A stretch of DNA of 44,643 nucleotides from Thermodesulfobacteriota bacterium (GTDB lineage: Bacteria; Desulfobacterota; Desulfobacteria; Desulfobacterales; ETH-SRB1): the NCBI GenBank assembly GCA_034721935.1, contig JAYENE010000125.1, positions 1 to 44,643 on the forward strand, read 5' to 3'. The notes under the pieces are model-generated. The model searched no databases and was not told the DNA's origin. It was given only the letters and a program-made list of their open reading frames with translations. The translations under genes and the position numbers were made by a program. Shown in pieces: positions 43,644 through 44,643 of the stretch. Each line of letters begins with the position of its first letter. Position 1 is the stretch's first letter.

Positions 43644-44435
43644 TTGTGGGTTATTGGGTTAAATTCCTCGATTCTTGCCGGTATTTTTTTCTTGCAGAGC
43701 GTTGTCGCCCTGGCCGCCGGGTCTGGTTGCTTAAAATGCCACGAGCCCCATTATGAGGAAAAAGGGGCATGTGTAGACTGCCACAGGGGTAACCCAGGGA
43801 CGGACAGGGTTTCGATTGCCCATCATGACCTGATCCTGGCCAGATACGCTGACTTTACGATGGAACCCAGCCCGGTGGTGAAGCGGGGCAGGAAGCTTAT
43901 TGAGACTTTTGGTTGCAGGAGATGTCATGTTACTGGGACAAAGGGGAACCGCCTTGCCGCCAATCTTGACAGGGTAATCGTTGCCGCACGGCCGCAAAAG
44001 CTTTTCGATTCCATAAAGACACCTGTGCTTTTCATGCCCGATTTTTGTTTCAAAGAGACGCACATAATAGAGATAGTTAACGCCATCCTGGCCCAGGCCG
44101 CCCGAACCGAACCGGAAGCCGGAGAAATACCGCTGGTGATTCATTTTGAAGATGAAAAACAGGATGAAGAGAGCGTTTTTGTGAAGCATTGCGGTTCTTG
44201 CCACACGGCGCTGACCGCCCGGTTCGGGGGCATGGGGAAAGGGAATATAGGTCCGAATCTCTCAGGTCTTTTTTCAGAATATTATCCGAAAACTTATGGC
44301 AACAAGGATCAGTGGTCTTCCGAGCCCCTTAAAAAATGGTTGAAAAATCCAAGAGAAGTCCGCAAGAACGCGCAAATGGCGCCCGTAAAATTAACGTCAG
44401 ATGAGTTCTCCCGCCTGTTAGAGGCGCTATTATAA
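43644..44435 (+). CDS. Tetrahaem c-type cytochrome (two short haem motifs plus two class-I-like domains)
   Basis: The proposed TTG start gives the signal peptide MWVIGLNSSILAGIFFLQSVVALAAGSGC. The four motifs are CLKCH, CVDCH, CRRCH and CGSCH. The last domain has GPNLSGLF and ...NAQMAP, as in class I cytochromes c. The ORF-track start at 43509 lies in the repeat insert and is rejected. Confidence 0.75.
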   Translation: MWVIGLNSSILAGIFFLQSVVALAAGSGCLKCHEPHYEEKGACVDCHRGNPGTDRVSIAHHDLILARYADFTMEPSPVVKRGRKLIETFGCRRCHVTGTKGNRLAANLDRVIVAARPQKLFDSIKTPVLFMPDFCFKETHIIEIVNAILAQAARTEPEAGEIPLVIHFEDEKQDEESVFVKHCGSCHTALTARFGGMGKGNIGPNLSGLFSEYYPKTYGNKDQWSSEPLKKWLKNPREVRKNAQMAPVKLTSDEFSRLLEALL

Positions 44436-44643
44436 TCATTTAACACTTCTTACAGCCCTGACGGACATCTTTTTATACATTTATAATTATCTATTTAATT
44501 CCCTCTCTACTGGGTGAGCAGAAATTTACAAACTCATTATCTGGTCAACCTGAGGCAGCGGACAATTAAATTTAAGAACGGCTGAAACTCGCACATAAGT
44601 GAGCGTAAAGAAATAACTTAGAGCAATCCTTTTATAAAAAGCT

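Overview
This 44.6-kb chromosomal segment comes from a Gram-negative bacterium, probably an anaerobic Desulfobacterota-like organism. That assignment is an inference from the Tol-Pal genes, the multihaem cytochromes and the overall gene content.

- **Left end (1-8.3 kb):** an accessory defence and toxin island. It carries brxA-brxB-brxC of a BREX system with no pglX/pglZ/brxL in view, a truncated RhuM-like remnant, a BrnT/BrnA-type toxin-antitoxin pair whose toxin lacks a canonical start codon, and a class II Fic protein.
- **Centre (8.4-28.8 kb):** housekeeping genes. These are cvpA, phoH-7TM/HD-ybeY, pdxJ, nnr, tsaE, lysC, a nucleotide-sugar dehydrogenase, tolQRA-tolB-pal-cpoB, ruvCAB (ruvC has no ATG/GTG/TTG start) and a DUF62 SAM hydrolase.
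- **29.4-36.5 kb:** a peptidoglycan-trimming and bactofilin cluster that resembles the Helicobacter/Campylobacter Csd/Pgp cell-shape module. A rearranged junction, rplM-rpsI and glnB follow it.
- **Right end (39.1-44.4 kb):** a compact operon for a split, cytochrome b6-type Rieske/cyt b module. It is combined with 12-haem, 9-haem and 4-haem c-type cytochromes.

Almost every intergenic region is filled with 7-8 bp tandem arrays and nested palindromic or MITE-like elements. Several of these have clear terminal inverted repeats and target-site duplications. I recognised no rRNA, tRNA, CRISPR array or transposase gene.
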